64,000 nt of DNA, taken from Octopus vulgaris (Eukaryota). The position numbers and the translations under genes were made by a program. Below, piece by piece: positions 38,122-54,085 of this stretch. Location: positions 84,010,001 to 84,074,000 of the forward strand of contig OX597818.1 in NCBI GenBank assembly GCA_951406725.2, written 5' to 3'. Below the pieces are notes generated by a model. It searched no databases. It was not told the DNA's origin and saw only the letters and a program-made list of their open reading frames with translations. The first letter of the stretch is position 1; each line of letters opens with the position of its first letter.

Positions 38122-38423
38122 TATATATATGTATAATGATGTTTCATCTTCCTTTTTCTAGAGAGGCCACTTGCTAGAGAAACCATTAGAATTCAGTAGA
38201 AGTAACTGAGTGACTCAAGATCCGACAGTGCGTTGGAATTTTATCGAACTAGTCACTGGTGGAAGGCATGTGAGTTTAAATAGTTGGTGATTGTGAGTTT
38301 AAATAGTTGGACTGTTCTAGAACGAATCATAATAATGTCACGTGGATAACTCAAATAGTTGGCCCTTATGTCGTTCAGTAAGCAAATATATATTTTTCCT
38401 GTTTTCATCAACACACACACACG

Positions 38424-38455
<32 letters not shown>

Positions 38456-38506
38456 CATACATACATACATACATGCATACATACATATATACATACATAT
38501 ATATTA

Positions 38507-39429
38507 TCTCTAATATAAATAGGACATGGGCGATTGTTGTATTCTTTATTTTCTTTAGGTTCACAGCCAAACGACTGGGTGGATTCGCATGAAAAATGGC
38601 ACACATATGGAGACAGGTGCATAGATTCGAATGCGGATTGTATTTTTTCCTAGCCCCCATAGTTACCGAGAAAATCAATTAAAACTTTTTCTAATGGAAT
38701 TCCCCTGTTTGTTCCTCCATTAAAACAACCAGTTGCACACACAGTCGGCATATAGCATTTTGCTAGCAGCGAGGGGAGTACAGGGTGACAGTCAGCCAAA
38801 ACTTTCGCTATGCTGTTTCTCTTCTTTCACCTCTTTGTGGGGTTAATAATCTTAATCTTTAGTTACAGTTTCTCATTAAAACTACATAATAGGCAGAATT
38901 GTCGGATTAAGACAGTAGGGTGTTTTGAGGGAGATTTGTCTATTTCTACCTGGTCTAGCTACCATCTAGAGGTCTGAAATAAATTTTCATTCACATATTT
39001 GCATTTCAAAAATTTAACATAATCTTTTCCATAAATCAACTATCGTAAAAATACGCACACATGTCCATTTCATATATCTTTCATTTTCTGCTCTCTGAAG
39101 ATAATTTTTTACGGACACAACTGCTTACAAAGACAGGGATTAATGTATCATTTCTATGTTCATGATCAAATCAATGTTTTAATGATTAGACAGAGGTCCA
39201 ATAGAATAGCTCTCAGAAACAGACTACGTACAAATTTGTTCTTCACAACTCCTGCAGCTGTTTTCTTACAGGGATGGGGTCAGGAAACTTTCATACAGCC
39301 GTAGGATCCAATCGAAACTTGGGACCCGAAATGATATGGTTGAGAAACACTGTTATAGATTAGGCCTAATCGAAAACGATCGCAGCTACATCATTCAAAC
39401 AAACCTGGTGAAACCAGGCTTAGCTCAAG
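38507..39429 (+). mobile_element. Possible non-autonomous Helitron
   Basis: Starts A|TCTCTAATATAAA. Internal CCAAACGACTGGGTGGATTCGCATGAAAAATGGCACA resembles a motif common in invertebrate Helitron derivatives. Subterminal hairpin CCTGGT-GAA-ACCAGG (39403-39417), then ..CAAG|T (CTAG variant). Confidence 0.4.
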
Positions 39430-39463
<34 letters not shown>

Positions 39464-39720
39464 GGGGGGGCGTGTGTGTGTATGTATACATATATAGATG
39501 TATACATGTATGTCTGTCTGCGTGTGTTTTTTGTAGCTTTATGAATCTATATATAGATCGACCTGGTTGAATAAGTCTAACCGTGATTACACTCGACATT
39601 TTTTTCTCGCCTTAAATACGTCTGCAACTTCAAAATCCAACGTATTCAGAGATTTAGCAGAGATTTGGCAGATATTTCTAGCAGGTTAACCCCTGTGTTA
39701 GCTGAGACACTGAAACACCT

Positions 39721-39787
<67 letters not shown>

Positions 39788-39944
39788 CAGTAGTAGTGGT
39801 AGTTGTTATTGTTGTTGTTTTGCCCCAGGTCGGCATTGATTGTGAAAACTAATGATCAAAGGAATGCGTACAATTACCATCTCCTCTTTTCAGCTATCGA
39901 ATACTGCATTATGTAATGGACTATTAGACTATTACAGTGCAGTT

Positions 39945-40985
39945 GATGGTGGTGGTGGTGGTGGTAGAAATGGTCTGGTGGTGGTGGTAGAAATGGTTTG
40001 GAGGTGGTGTTGAGGTTGCCGTTGTTGTTGTTGGTGGTGGTGGTGTTAGTGGCGGGATTGTTAATGGTGATGTCGTTGGTGAGAAAATTGGGGTATCAGC
40101 TGTGTGATGACGGTGACGGGGATTACGACACCTTTGCATGTGGGGTAATTCCCATGGGAGTGGTAGGAGGTGCTGGTAGCGATGGAAGGTAGTGGGGGGA
40201 ACGGTGGTTATGATGGAAGTGATGGTGATGGTAGTGTTGGTGACGGTAGTGGTGGTGGTGATGGTGGTCGTCGTCGTACGACAGTGATGGTGATGACCAT
40301 ACTGGAGTGGTAATTACTTGCAGTGGTAATTACCATGGTGGCAGCGGCAGCGGTAAGGGGGTGGCGATGGCGATGGAGAAGACTATGGTGGTGCTGGTGT
40401 TGGCAGTGACCATGGTCTAGTGGGTAGTAAAGGCGATACCGACGGTAGTGGTGTTGTATAAACGATAACAGTGACGGTGATGATGATGATGATACAGGTG
40501 CTTGTCCGGGTTGTTCCAATAGAAGGGGGCCTGGTGGTGGCAGTGGCGGTGATATGCTGGTGATAATTTGGTGGAGTCGATAATGACGATAGCATTCATG
40601 GGGTAGTGCTGTGATTGTGATTATAATGGCGATGGTGATGATGACATTTGTATTTTTTGTAGTAGGTCTCATAGTGGTGGTGGTGGTGGTGGTGGTGTGG
40701 AGGTACTATTGTTGTTGCTGTTGTTATTGTCGATGTTGGTTGTGGTGGATGTGGTGCTGGTGGTAATGATGACAATGGTAGTACTGATGGTGGTGTTGAA
40801 GATGTTGATGATGGTGGTAGTAGTTGTGGGTGGTGGCACGGTTGGCGGCGGTGTTGCTATTGGCAGCGGCAGTGGTGGCAGCGTCGGCAGCGGTGGCGAT
40901 AGTGATGATAGGTATAGGCTATGAAAATGATGGTGTTGCTGTTGCTGTTGACGTTGTTATTGCTGCTGCTGTTCTCGTTGTTGTT
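39945..40985. repeat. GGT/GAT-rich cryptic trinucleotide tract
   Basis: Directly visible. Confidence 0.85.
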
Positions 40986-40987
40986 GT

Positions 40988-41476
40988 CTTCTTCTTCCAA
41001 TCAGGACTCACGCCATTAGCCACAAAGATTAATCTCTAATTCGAGCCTACTCTAAGCTACTAAGAATGCGTGTGGCAATTTGAAGATCCACCCACCACAC
41101 GCGATAGACTGGCGGTTGCACGGGCGCGAAATCTACGTTGTTATCTTCATTCCGTAAACGGTGGTTTTTAACGGGTGGAGAGCTGAACCATCCTGGGGTA
41201 CAGAGGATTTGCAATCTAGACTAGGGTCTGAAAGTTTACCACACCATAGTGGGTTACACTATGGTTCCTCTGCTTTGTGGCAAAAGTAGGAAGAAAGAGA
41301 GAGAAAAAGTTGTAGTGAAAGAGTACAGCGGGGTTCACCATCCTCCCCCGCCGGAGCCTCGTCGAGTTTAGGTGTTTTTGCTCAATAAACATTCACAATG
41401 CCCGGTCTGAGAATCGAAACCGCGTTCTTATGACCGCGAGTCCGCTGCCCTAACCGCTGGGCCATTGCGCCTCCAC
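40988..41476 (-). mobile_element. SINE family C head with a different body and (GAA)n end
   Basis: On the minus strand: GTGGAGGCGCAATGGCCCAGCGGTTAGGGCAGCGGACTCGCGG..GGTTTCGATTC. The body diverges from the 28.1-kb copy after ..CTGTACTCTTTC and ends ..GAGTCCTGATTGGAAGAAGAAG. Confidence 0.8.
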
Positions 41477-41991
41477 TGTTGTTGTTGTTGTTAAGGTGCT
41501 TCAGACAATCTACGACCGAGCAAGCCTATAATCATAAACATTCCAGCCAAGTTCATCTCACCTTTTACGCATTCCAGCAAACAGGAAACCCGGGGAAATA
41601 ATATCCAAAGACGGTTAGAGCGAAATTTGTAGATGATCTGAGTAATTTGACTGCTATATCTTGCGAATCAAACGTTTGCGTAGTATCTGCATAGATGTTC
41701 CATCGTAGGCTCATTCTACTGGTGGTGATAGTGGTGGTGGAAGTGTCAATGGTGGTTGTGGCAGCAGTGGTGGTGGTGGTGGCGGTGGTGGTGGTGGTGG
41801 TGGTGGTCAGGAGAGAAGATGTTCTGCACAGGACTACTAATTTAATGAGAGCAGGTGCTTCTGTCAGTCTCTATGAAACATTAAATGAATCCTCTTCCAC
41901 TTCCAAGCCTATGCCTTGCACCATCATTTCCATCTGATGCTGTATGTGTCCATGTTTGAATATGTGCGTGCGTGTGTAAGTGTGTGTCTGT

Positions 41992-42026
<35 letters not shown>

Positions 42027-42142
42027 TGGGCAGTCAGTCAGACAGACAGACAGCGAGAGAGCGTTTGTGCGTGTTTCTACGTAGATCTGCTAACGTATAA
42101 GAACGTGTGTGTGTATAAATCCCTTGCGAAATATGTAACTCC

Positions 42143-42201
<59 letters not shown>

Positions 42202-42311
42202 GCGCGAATATACGTGTTGCCCACGTGTTCATTATTAGACTGTGTGTATATTTTGTACATTTTCTTACCGATGGATTACTCTATATTCACGCAAATAATA
42301 TATGGTACCTG

Positions 42312-42451
<140 letters not shown>

Positions 42452-42598
42452 TGTGAAAAGAGAGGTATAAGAGTTCAATCGTGAATGCTTGTGTTTGTGA
42501 ACTCGTGCATATGTCGTTTGCACGTAAATACATACATACATGCACACATATATACATACATGCATGCAAGCATATATACATACATGTTAATAATTGCA

Positions 42599-42655
<57 letters not shown>

Positions 42656-43243
42656 GTACATATATAGACATATATATTTACACATATATATATACATATA
42701 TATATGTAGGTATATATGTGTGTGTGTATGTGCATATATGTCTATATATTTATATCTACTTTTCCCTATCTATCTTTTTTTCTCTCTCTCCCCTCACATA
42801 TCACACACACACACATACTTATACACACACACATACTTACACACACACACATATATATATATATACGTATGAAAAATATATATTATATGTGTATATATAT
42901 ATACACATATATGTACATCTACATATTTGAATATATTTATATAGATATACACTGATGCATATTTTATATGTAACATTCACATTATATACTTAAAAGTCAT
43001 TTTACTATATTCAGTAATATGCTAATACTTTAAATTACTTCCAACAGACACGTACACATACACATTCACACGCCTCCCTGCCCTCCCACTATACAAATGA
43101 ACCTACACATATATGTATGTGTCTGTATGTAAGAGAATATAGTAAATTTTATAGGCACTTGTGTATATAGACACTTGTGTATATTGGTGCCTATTTTCAA
43201 TCAACTGGTTCGGACACCTTGTAACCGCTATCTAAAAGTTTAC

Positions 43244-43308
<65 letters not shown>

Positions 43309-44020
43309 TACTTGCTCTTTCTTTCTCTTCTTGGTCGCTCTCTCACTCACTCTATCTCACTGTACATGTGTATATATGTGTGTGCGTATGTGAATGAGAG
43401 TGTGTACACACACATACATATGCATACACACACACACACACATATATGTATGTATGTATGTATAAGCATCTTCGTACATACCCACGTGCATATATGCATA
43501 CGTGCGTTGATATATGCTTTCCTGCATACATACACACATACATACATACATACATACATACATACATACATACATACATACATACATACATACATACCAT
43601 TCATCCTTGGTCCTCTATCTATTTATATGTATGAGTGTCAACCTACGTGTGTGTTTTTGTATGTGTGTGTATATACATATGTGTACGTGTGTGTGTTTAA
43701 ATATGTCAGCATTACTGTTTAATGAATACATACATATATAGACATTCTTTTATGATTGTGTATGTGAATGCTTTACAATATAACTTTGTAAATGTATATA
43801 TATTATGGAGAGGGTGTGGCGGAGGAGAAAGAATGAAGAGGAAGAGTAGACGAAAGAAGGGGAGAAAGAAGAAAAGGAAGGAGAGGAAGTAAGTAGAATA
43901 GGAAAAGATGAAGACAAAGAGTCGGGAGAGGAAAAAAGAATTGAAGGTGAATGATTGTAGTATTGATGGTGGTATTGGAGGCGATGGTTGTGGTTGTGAC
44001 GCTGGTGGTCATGGTGAGGG

Positions 44021-44051
<31 letters not shown>

Positions 44052-44820
44052 CGACGACGACGAGGATGATGATGATGTTCGTGATCATGATGATGAACGC
44101 GTGGACGATCCGTAGAACCAAAGGACTCATCATTTAAATGAGTGACTAGGCGGAGGCGTTTAGCGGAAGTGGATAATTTATGAGGAAGTCGTCACAATGG
44201 TCGGGTTGAGGAATTAACAAAGAAATGGTTCGAATCGAAGATAACTCTGAATTATTAAATTCCCCAATAATAGCAGTTGAAGAAAACATGGAATGTGATA
44301 ACGATGTCGGAAGAAGTAATATTGTAGAATATTATGGGAAAATGGTAGTTACCATAAATTCTTCGAGGTTGTATTGAATGTATTAGAAACGAATATTCCT
44401 TGAAAGACTAAAATCTTGCAGAGATATTTGTTTTACCTTTGCGAAGTATTGATTTTACTGTTTCAAAGTATCGAATTATCACGTCAGTCGTGCCAATGAA
44501 AGAATCGCTTCATGGTAGCTTACTTTGCTTCAATGAATAGGCAAATCTGCTGAAATTGTAAACCTACTTAAAAAGTTGAAGTACAAAGCGGTCACAAGAA
44601 GTAGGAATGGTCATGGCTGGAATTCATTTGATCATAAGTTTGGCATGAAGCGAAACAAGGACAATATCTTGATCCTATTTATGCACATACATGTGTTGCA
44701 ACTTGTTGTACATTTTGGATGATATTGTACAAGGTTGTCACAAGGAGGAGGAATGGCCACGACTGGAATTCATCTGATCATAGGTTTGACATGGAGCTAA
44801 ACAAGAACATATTTTGATCC

Positions 44821-45380
44821 TATCCTGAAAGTTCGTGCCGATTTTTAAAGGAAAGAAAAAGGTCAATAAATGCTTGCCGCTACATTTTTAATCCATCAAA
44901 TATGAAACATTTTGTTGCACAATGCATCTCCATCTTTCCTTTAACTTGAAAATACCCTCTTCCCAGAATTGAGGTGGTTTCATGGCAAATAATTCATCAA
45001 TCTATCATTTTACGTCATCCAAGGAATTGAAATTTTTCCTATTAAGACTATTCTGCAGAGACTTGAATAAGTGGAAATCCGAAGGAGCAATATCTAACGA
45101 ATATAGAGGGTTGGGTATCACATCCCAGGCGAGCTTCATCAATTTTTGTCTGGTTCCCAAAACATCAAGTGCCGAAAATGAACTTCCTTATCTTCCATTT
45201 TAAAGGGTTACAGAATTAACACAGGTTATAGGAACATAAACCTTCTTCCACGAAAAGATAGCTTAAACTGTGCTCTAAATGGAAGTGTAGTCAAATCCTA
45301 TTTTATGGACTCAACCATGTTCTAAAATATGTCGAAAGTTAAGCTACTATAAATCGGCACGAACTTTCGGGATAACCCAA
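44821..45380 (-). mobile_element. Internally deleted mariner (~560 bp)
   Basis: TIRs TATCCTGAAAGTTCGTGCCGATTT (44821) and AAATCGGCACGAACTTTCGGGATAACCCAA (45351-45380). The minus strand gives MEDKEVHFRHLM fused to TRQKLMKLAWDVIPNPLYSLDIAPSDFHLFKSLQNSL..FWEEGIFKLKERWRCIVQQN. Confidence 0.9.
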
Positions 45381-45405
45381 TATTATTAATAGATCTATTA
45401 ATACC

Positions 45406-45624
45406 TATTTCTTTACTACCCACTAGAGGACAAACAAGGACAGACAAACGGATTAAGTCGATTATATCGACCCCAGTGCGTAACTGGTACTTATTTGATC
45501 GACTCCGAAAGGATGAAAGGCAAAGTCGACCTCGGCGGAATTTGAACTCAGAACGTAACGGCAGATGAAATACCGCAAAGCATTTCGCCCTGCGTGCTAA
45601 CGTTTCTGCGAGTTTGCTGCCTTA
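45406..45624 (-). mobile_element. SINE family A (tail type 1)
   Basis: Near-consensus copy. Confidence 0.85.
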
Positions 45625-46371
45625 GAAGCAGAAGAATATTGATACCGATTTTATGAATATCTATAAAATTTCTTCAACCACAGCAAGGAAACCTGATCAA
45701 ATTCTTTGAAGAGAACCGCAAATTGATTATGTTACAAGCTAAAAATTAAAATCAGGTTTAATTTTACTTATTTGTGTATCTGTTGCGTTTTAAAGTATAA
45801 TATTCGAACTTTCAGCATTTAAGATTTCTAATTTAAAATATAAATTTTCTTCCATAGAATATATACATTCGCAATTATAAAAAGCAATTTTCTAGTATTA
45901 TATATTTAATCACATACATAAACGAGCAACGAATATTTACAAAGTATAAAAGTGGTAGTACTGTTTTATAGCCCACTAAGATTTCAAAAGAAACATGCTC
46001 TCTCACTTACACTCTCCTCCGTCTTTCTATCTGTCTACCTCTGTCTCTCTCCATTTCTTTCGTTATTACGTGAACAATTTTCTTCTATAGTAAGTATACA
46101 ATATTCGTTATTAACAAGTTAAGTTTGTTTATTCGAGTTAAAAGGGCCAATTACAGAGGACATGACCTTCCTCAGAACATATGCCCTGTGCAACCTTTCA
46201 CTTAACCAGAGGCGAAGATGTCACCGAGGACATACGACAGACATATATTCATATAGATTCTTGCGCGAGGATATGAATAAAAACGTTGATATTTGCATAG
46301 ATGCATTCATATATGTGTGTGTGTGTCTGTGTCTGTGTCAGTATGTGTACATATACATACATACATATATG

Positions 46372-46410
<39 letters not shown>

Positions 46411-46419
46411 ATATATACA

Positions 46420-46467
<48 letters not shown>

Positions 46468-46520
46468 CAAATATATGTATATAAATATATACATATATAT
46501 ATGTGTATATATATATATAC

Positions 46521-46566
<46 letters not shown>

Positions 46567-47178
46567 TTATATATATATATGTATATATATGCGTGTGCGT
46601 CTGTGTCAGTATGTATACACAGACACAGAGATATATATACGTGCTTGTATGTGTGAGTGAGTTTGTGTATTTCTGTGTATATGACCGTGTGTACCTACCT
46701 GAGTGTGGGTTCTGTTTGTAAATAGCTGTACTGAAAAGAGTATTCAATTCATGCAGTAGAGTAAATTTCTTCAATAATATTAAAGTTCACTACTTTTCCA
46801 ACATTTGATTTTTCGCGCCGGAAATCCGTTCATCAGACAGCATATAGAAGGAGGAAATTTTGAAAATGTTAACGGAATTATCGTTGGCATTATATGCCCA
46901 AAGAAACATCAAGAAATGGAAACATACTCAAGTTCAGCAAAAATCATACACACACAGGAACGCACGTGATTAAAGAGACACGCATGCTCCTACAGACACG
47001 TATATGCATCACGATATGTGTGTGTGTGTGTGTAACATATATATATATATAGAGAGAGATAGATATGTATCTATATGTATAAATATATATAATCCATTTT
47101 GTATAAGCTATTATGAGTTCTAGGCCATATAATTGACTATGTATATGTGGATGCGTAGAGCGACTATATATGTATGAT

Positions 47179-47210
<32 letters not shown>

Positions 47211-47314
47211 CATATAATTATATATGCACATATATTCATATATATACATATATATACATACATGTATATGACATACCCACACACATATATATATGATATA
47301 TTTATGTATATATA

Positions 47315-47487
<173 letters not shown>

Positions 47488-48114
47488 ACAGATGCATGCA
47501 TACATACGTACATACATACGTACATACATACGTACATACATACATCGTAATATACCTTTATACGTACTTACATATACAATTATCTACATACATTCACACA
47601 AACACACACGCCTGCGCGCCACCATACATATTCACCTCCAAGCAAAGTTGCTCTAATGACCTGAAATTCTCTCTCTTGTTCCTTGTTAACATAGTTCAAA
47701 ACATCTCATAGAAATTGACTCAATATTTAGTCATTAGTAGATTTAAATGCTTCATTTAGCCCAATAATCTTCCATTGTAATTTTATATTTTATGTTTGTT
47801 TGTTTTAGAGACTTATAAATCCATTGTCTCCATCTTTGATTTTCTATTTTGTCTGTGCGATCATTTTTTTCAAAACTGACTTCGCCATTTTGATTTTTTT
47901 CTCTTCTTTTTCTATCCAACGTTAATCATTTGATTTTCATGTCTCATATTTTTACGACTTGTTATTTTCTTAGTTACATATATATGATTTTTGCCACTGT
48001 TCAGATTGTATGTATGTATGTATGTATGTATGTATATATACACACACTGAATTTTAAATCACATTTTTAAAATATTGTGCCTATTCATATAAGCAAAGTA
48101 AATAACACAATATG

Positions 48115-48175
<61 letters not shown>

Positions 48176-48218
48176 TACCCTATCTGTGCTCATATAAACA
48201 TAAATACATATATTTATG

Positions 48219-48297
<79 letters not shown>

Positions 48298-48463
48298 TAC
48301 AAACATATACCTATATAATCTTATTCATAATAATGTAGGCATTGTTCTCTTATGTGTATATTATAAGCACATATGTAGATATACGTACAAACACACGCGC
48401 ACACACACACATATATGAATATAAAAATACACATTGGTGACTATGTGTGTGTTTGTACATTAT

Positions 48464-48502
<39 letters not shown>

Positions 48503-48840
48503 GTATTGTATTTCTATGTGACTTCTGTTTTGATTTTGCTTTCTTTTTTCTTTTTTCTTTTGGAATTTTCTGAAGCACCTGGCCAGAAAATTTGTACTGA
48601 CAGAATTTTAAAATATATCTAGAAAGATGTTGAATTAAAAATAAAATAAACGAAACGCAAGGATTACTTATGTGTTTGTATATACGCATCTATTTATATG
48701 TTTCGATGTTTAGGTATCTAAATATTATAGAAATTTTTACACGGCAAACACCCTACAGGCAAATATTTCATTTTGCTTGTAGACTGATTGGATGAAAAGA
48801 CGAAAGAGACTATGTTAGGAAAAGAAAACTAAATACAAAT

Positions 48841-49231
48841 TTTCTTTTCGACTCTAGGCACAAGGCCCGAAATTTTTGGGGAGTGGGGCCAGTCGTTTAG
48901 ATCGAATCCAGCACACAACAAGTACTTAATTTTAACTCAGAACATAAAGAGAGACGAAATACCGCTAAGCATTTCGCCCTGCGTGCTTACGTTTGTTATT
49001 TCTTTATTACCCACAAGGGGCTAAACAAAGATGGGACAGACAAAGACAGATAAGCGGATTAAGTCGAACACATCAACCCCTGTGCGTAACTGGTACTTAA
49101 TTTATCGAACCCCAAAGGATGAAAAGCAAAGTCGACCTCGGCGGAATTTGAACTCGGAATGTATAGACAGACGAAATACCGCTAAGCATTTTGTCCGGCG
49201 TGCTAACGTTTCTGCCAGCTCACTGCCTTAG
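48841..49231 (-). mobile_element. Dimeric or nested SINE family A with TSD
   Basis: Two units joined at ~48995. ACTAAATACAAAT at 48828-48840 and 49232-49244. Confidence 0.85.
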
Positions 49232-49886
49232 ACTAAATACAAATATTATTCCTTCATCATCAGCATTGTCGTCAATAAGAATCACAGTAGCTATGACAAC
49301 AAATGCAAATTTAAGAAAAGAGTAGGATAATGAAGGATGTGGCATCTCTATGTAAGACATAGGAAACAGTGTTTTATCTCTTCTTAAATGACTGTATCAC
49401 GCATGAGATATTTGTTGGAATTTTCCCCTCTCATTAAAAACTGCCCCCTCCCCCAAAATTTCAGGCCTTTTGCCTAGAGTAGAAAAGAATATTTGCATTT
49501 AGTCTTCTTTCTCTAACATAGTCTCTTTCGTCTTTTCCTCTCATTAAAAACTGGTGTAGACAACAGAACGATATGTGCTCATAATCCTTGCATGAGTAGA
49601 CTGTAACTCGTATATCGTGTACCCGTGTTTAGTGTGTGAGAATATCAGCCCTCTGTACCAGGATATCATTTATATTTCTCGAATTATAGTTCCATCCACG
49701 TCTCTCAAAATTTGATTTCAACATCGCTCTGAGTGGCATTCAACAAGACTTTTTTGTGTTTTTTCATCTCAACTTAATGCTGATTTTGTTTAACAGCTTG
49801 TGAAAAGTTTGTTCAAATAATTTCCCATTATAAGCAAATTATCTTCTGTCGCCCTCTCTTTTACAGCGATGTTTTATGGCAAGTTA

Positions 49887-50719
49887 TCTATATACTACTA
49901 AAACTCTCTGATTGCTTGCTTGCTTGTGTTGCTGCTTGCGGGTGTACTTATCTGTAATTCAATGCAGCCATATCGACGCATAGCAGGAAAATACTCTGAA
50001 AGTAAGTCCCCTGAAATGTTAATAGAAACTGTATAAAAACATGTTTCGCGCTAATCAGACCACTGATTCCCGAAATACGCGGTTTTGTGGGGGTTTGTTT
50101 TCACAATTTTAATCAGTGAAACCTGGAGTTATTGCCCTTTTCTGTGAACACCTTTATAAGTACGCAAACCATTATATAATGGGAAAATACTCTGAAAGTA
50201 AGGTACCATTGAAATGTGAATACAAACGGAATAAAACGAGTTTTGCCTGAATCGGATCACGAGTTCCCGAAAGTATTTTAAAGTGATTGCTAGATGTGTC
50301 AATTACCACTGTGTTATTTCTAAGCAGCAACAAGATATTGCCTCGCTAACGCATTTAGATTCTTATTTTGATACATAGTGATGTTAGGTGGATGTTTAGA
50401 TTATATATGTGTGAGGGTGTGTGTGTTAATGCAATGAGATGATGTGTAGTTTCCTCAACTGCTTATGTTTTTAAATTTCAGTTGAAGCATTACCTATATA
50501 TGTGTGTGTATCTGTGTGTGTGTGTGTGTGTGTGTCTGTGTGTGTCTCTGTGTGTGTGTGTGTGTGTGTGTGTAAAAGCAAAACATAGATAGCGGTCATA
50601 CGACTGATTTCGATTCATGTAATTTCGATTCATGTAAAAACCTCCCAGACTTAACTGAGCGGCACGTCTAGAGTATGACAGCTAGAGAGAAAGTGTGAGC
50701 TGCACTATTACGCGGCTAG
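49887..50719 (+). mobile_element. Possible non-autonomous Helitron with an internal 196-bp-period duplication
   Basis: A|TCTATATACTACTAAAA at the start and ..GTGTGAGCTGCAC..CGCGGCTAG|T at the end. GGAAAATACTCTGAAAGTAAG at 49986 and 50182. Confidence 0.45.
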
Positions 50720-51204
50720 TATAAATTTTCTGCTGCGTGGAATGCAGAAGAACATAATAAATGTGCCTTGTCAGATGGCACAACGTAGTTTCCACTAGTA
50801 CGGTAGAATAAAAATAAAAACATTTTTTTCTTATAAGTCAGAAGTTGGTGTCTAACTTTAGACAACGCGTAGACATTGAAACTATTCAATAATGATTATT
50901 CGATGAAATAAAATTAAAAGGCTCAACATGATTTCTTCTTTTCTATTATAGGCACAAGGGCTCACAATTTGGGGGAGGGCCAAGTCGATTACATCGATAA
51001 GCCCTCCACCTCACCCCACCCCACGTTGCGCAACTGATGTTTATTATATCGATGCCAAAATGATAAGAGGCAAAGTCGATCTCGACGGATTTTTTAAGCT
51101 CGGAACATAAAGAGAAACGAAATGATGCTCATCACCATCATCACCATCATCATCATGAGCAATGAGCAGAATCTTTATTACAGTACTCTTCAACATGAGT
51201 AGCA

Positions 51205-51248
<44 letters not shown>

Positions 51249-51601
51249 ATAAATATAAATACATTAGTAAACTGATCCATGTTCGCTGTTGCTACTGCTT
51301 TACGTTACTTTAGCTGTGAATAATAAATTTAGCTGTGAATAAATTGTTGTTGTAAATGATGATGATGATGATTATGAGGATGTTGGCGAGGACGACGACG
51401 ATAACAATAATGATGATATACACTTTGCTATTGTTGCTGGTAGTGGTGGTGTGAGTGAGGATGATAGTGCCGGTAGTGGTTGTTATGTAGTGGTGTAAGA
51501 TATTATCGTAAGTACCGCAGTTACTGGTGCTTTTATCGTTATTAATGGCTAAGTCACCCAAAGCATTATGGTTTAACAATACTTCTTTTAAACAGTTCTA
51601 C

Positions 51602-51815
51602 ATTTAAGGGATGAGGAATTATGTACATTATGTACGTTATTTGCATTATTTATATTTGACGTATATTTGGCCTCGTCTTGTTCGTTTTAACACAACGTTT
51701 CGGATGATAAAACCTCCACCCTTCATCATGTGTCTTGGTGAAATTTCGAACCTGGGTTCTCATTCCTAATGTATTTTCGATGTTATTATTTTCATTATTA
51801 TTATTATTATTATTC
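51602..51815 (-). mobile_element. Family F 3' module (hammerhead-like) plus part of its (AAT)n linker
   Basis: On the minus strand: GACAC-ATGATGA-A-GGGTG-GAGGTTTTAT-CATCC-GAAAC-GT-T-GTGTT (51689-51734). Confidence 0.72.
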
Positions 51816-52864
<1,049 letters not shown>

Positions 52865-54085
52865 TTATATTTGACTTTTGCTTTACATTTGTACAAGCTG
52901 TCTCCAGGTCTCATCCAGAGACCTCAAGAGACAACAAGCTAGAAGTTCATGCTGTTATTATGCTTAGGGTGCCATATATTTGGTTTTGTACATAGTGTTG
53001 TTCTAGTGAATGTTTAAGAAGCCATGAGAAAATTATGTGTTTGCTTTAAAATTTGAGATTACATAGATAGTATTTTATGTAGGATATGGGCAATTCCCAT
53101 GAGCACTATCTTTTGAATTTCTGCCATTTTTGGGTATCCCGGTAACTGAACTACTAAGCAATCAGCCTCTTTTGCTATCATTCCCAGGCACCTATGACAA
53201 CAGGTATTGTTTTAGTCCTCAGGTTCCCCATTTTGCCAATTTCTATTTCAAGATCTTTATACTTGCTCAGTTTTGGTAGGTCTTGACAGATACGTTTATA
53301 TCGATTGGGACAGTCATATCAATGAGGAGGCATGGTTTTTGTCTGAAGTCTTTCAATATCATATCTGGCCTGTCTGTTTGCATCTATCTTTCTGTCAGTT
53401 TGAATGGTGAAGTTCCAGAGGAGTGAGATGTAATCATTTTCAAGCATTGGAGGTGGTTTGTATTCTCAACAGTTTTTATCATAGGCTGGTCCAGGTTTTT
53501 GTAAATTACCCAGTGAATATATTGTGCATCTCTATCATGCCTATTGAGATACTCTGGAGGCGCAAGAAAAACTGCTCATGGAGACAACATGATCAATGGT
53601 GTCATATTTTTGTTGACATAAACGACATATTGGGAAGCTGCCGTTCTTTAATATGTTGGCCTGGTAGTTCTTGTTGGTAGCCATTGATCTTGGACTGCTA
53701 TGATAAACCCTTCTGTTTCTGATTTTAAGCCAGAAGTCATTAGTCATTGATGGGTACGGGCTTTGTCAACATCGGCATTATTCACTCTCTTTGAGTATTT
53801 GCCATTAAGAGGTTTTTCTTGCCATTTACCAGTCAGAATATCTAAGGCAGCACTTTTAGCATGGGTTTTCATGCACTTAGCTTTTTCTGCAGTTGTTTCT
53901 AGTACGTCTAATTCTGGAATTTGTTGTATTCGGAATTCACTTAGATATTCCTTTGCCTGTTTTGTTACTGAGTATGATGCTTTCTTGTTTTCATGGTTTG
54001 AGACAAGTTTTAACATCTAGTCCTCAGAGTTTTTCATGTAGGTGTCTAGGCCAATTGCGGCAATGCTAATGCCAGTTGTAAAAGC
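52865..54085 (-). mobile_element. Second, distinct and more decayed R4/Dong-clade LINE 3' fragment
   Basis: KWQEKPLNGKYSKRV..SGLKSETEGFIIAVQDQ..CRLCQQKYDTIDHVVS..RPDMILKDF..LLIDMTVP..LSKYKDLEIEI..IPVVIGA, with a different 3' UTR ending in (TAA)n. Confidence 0.88.
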
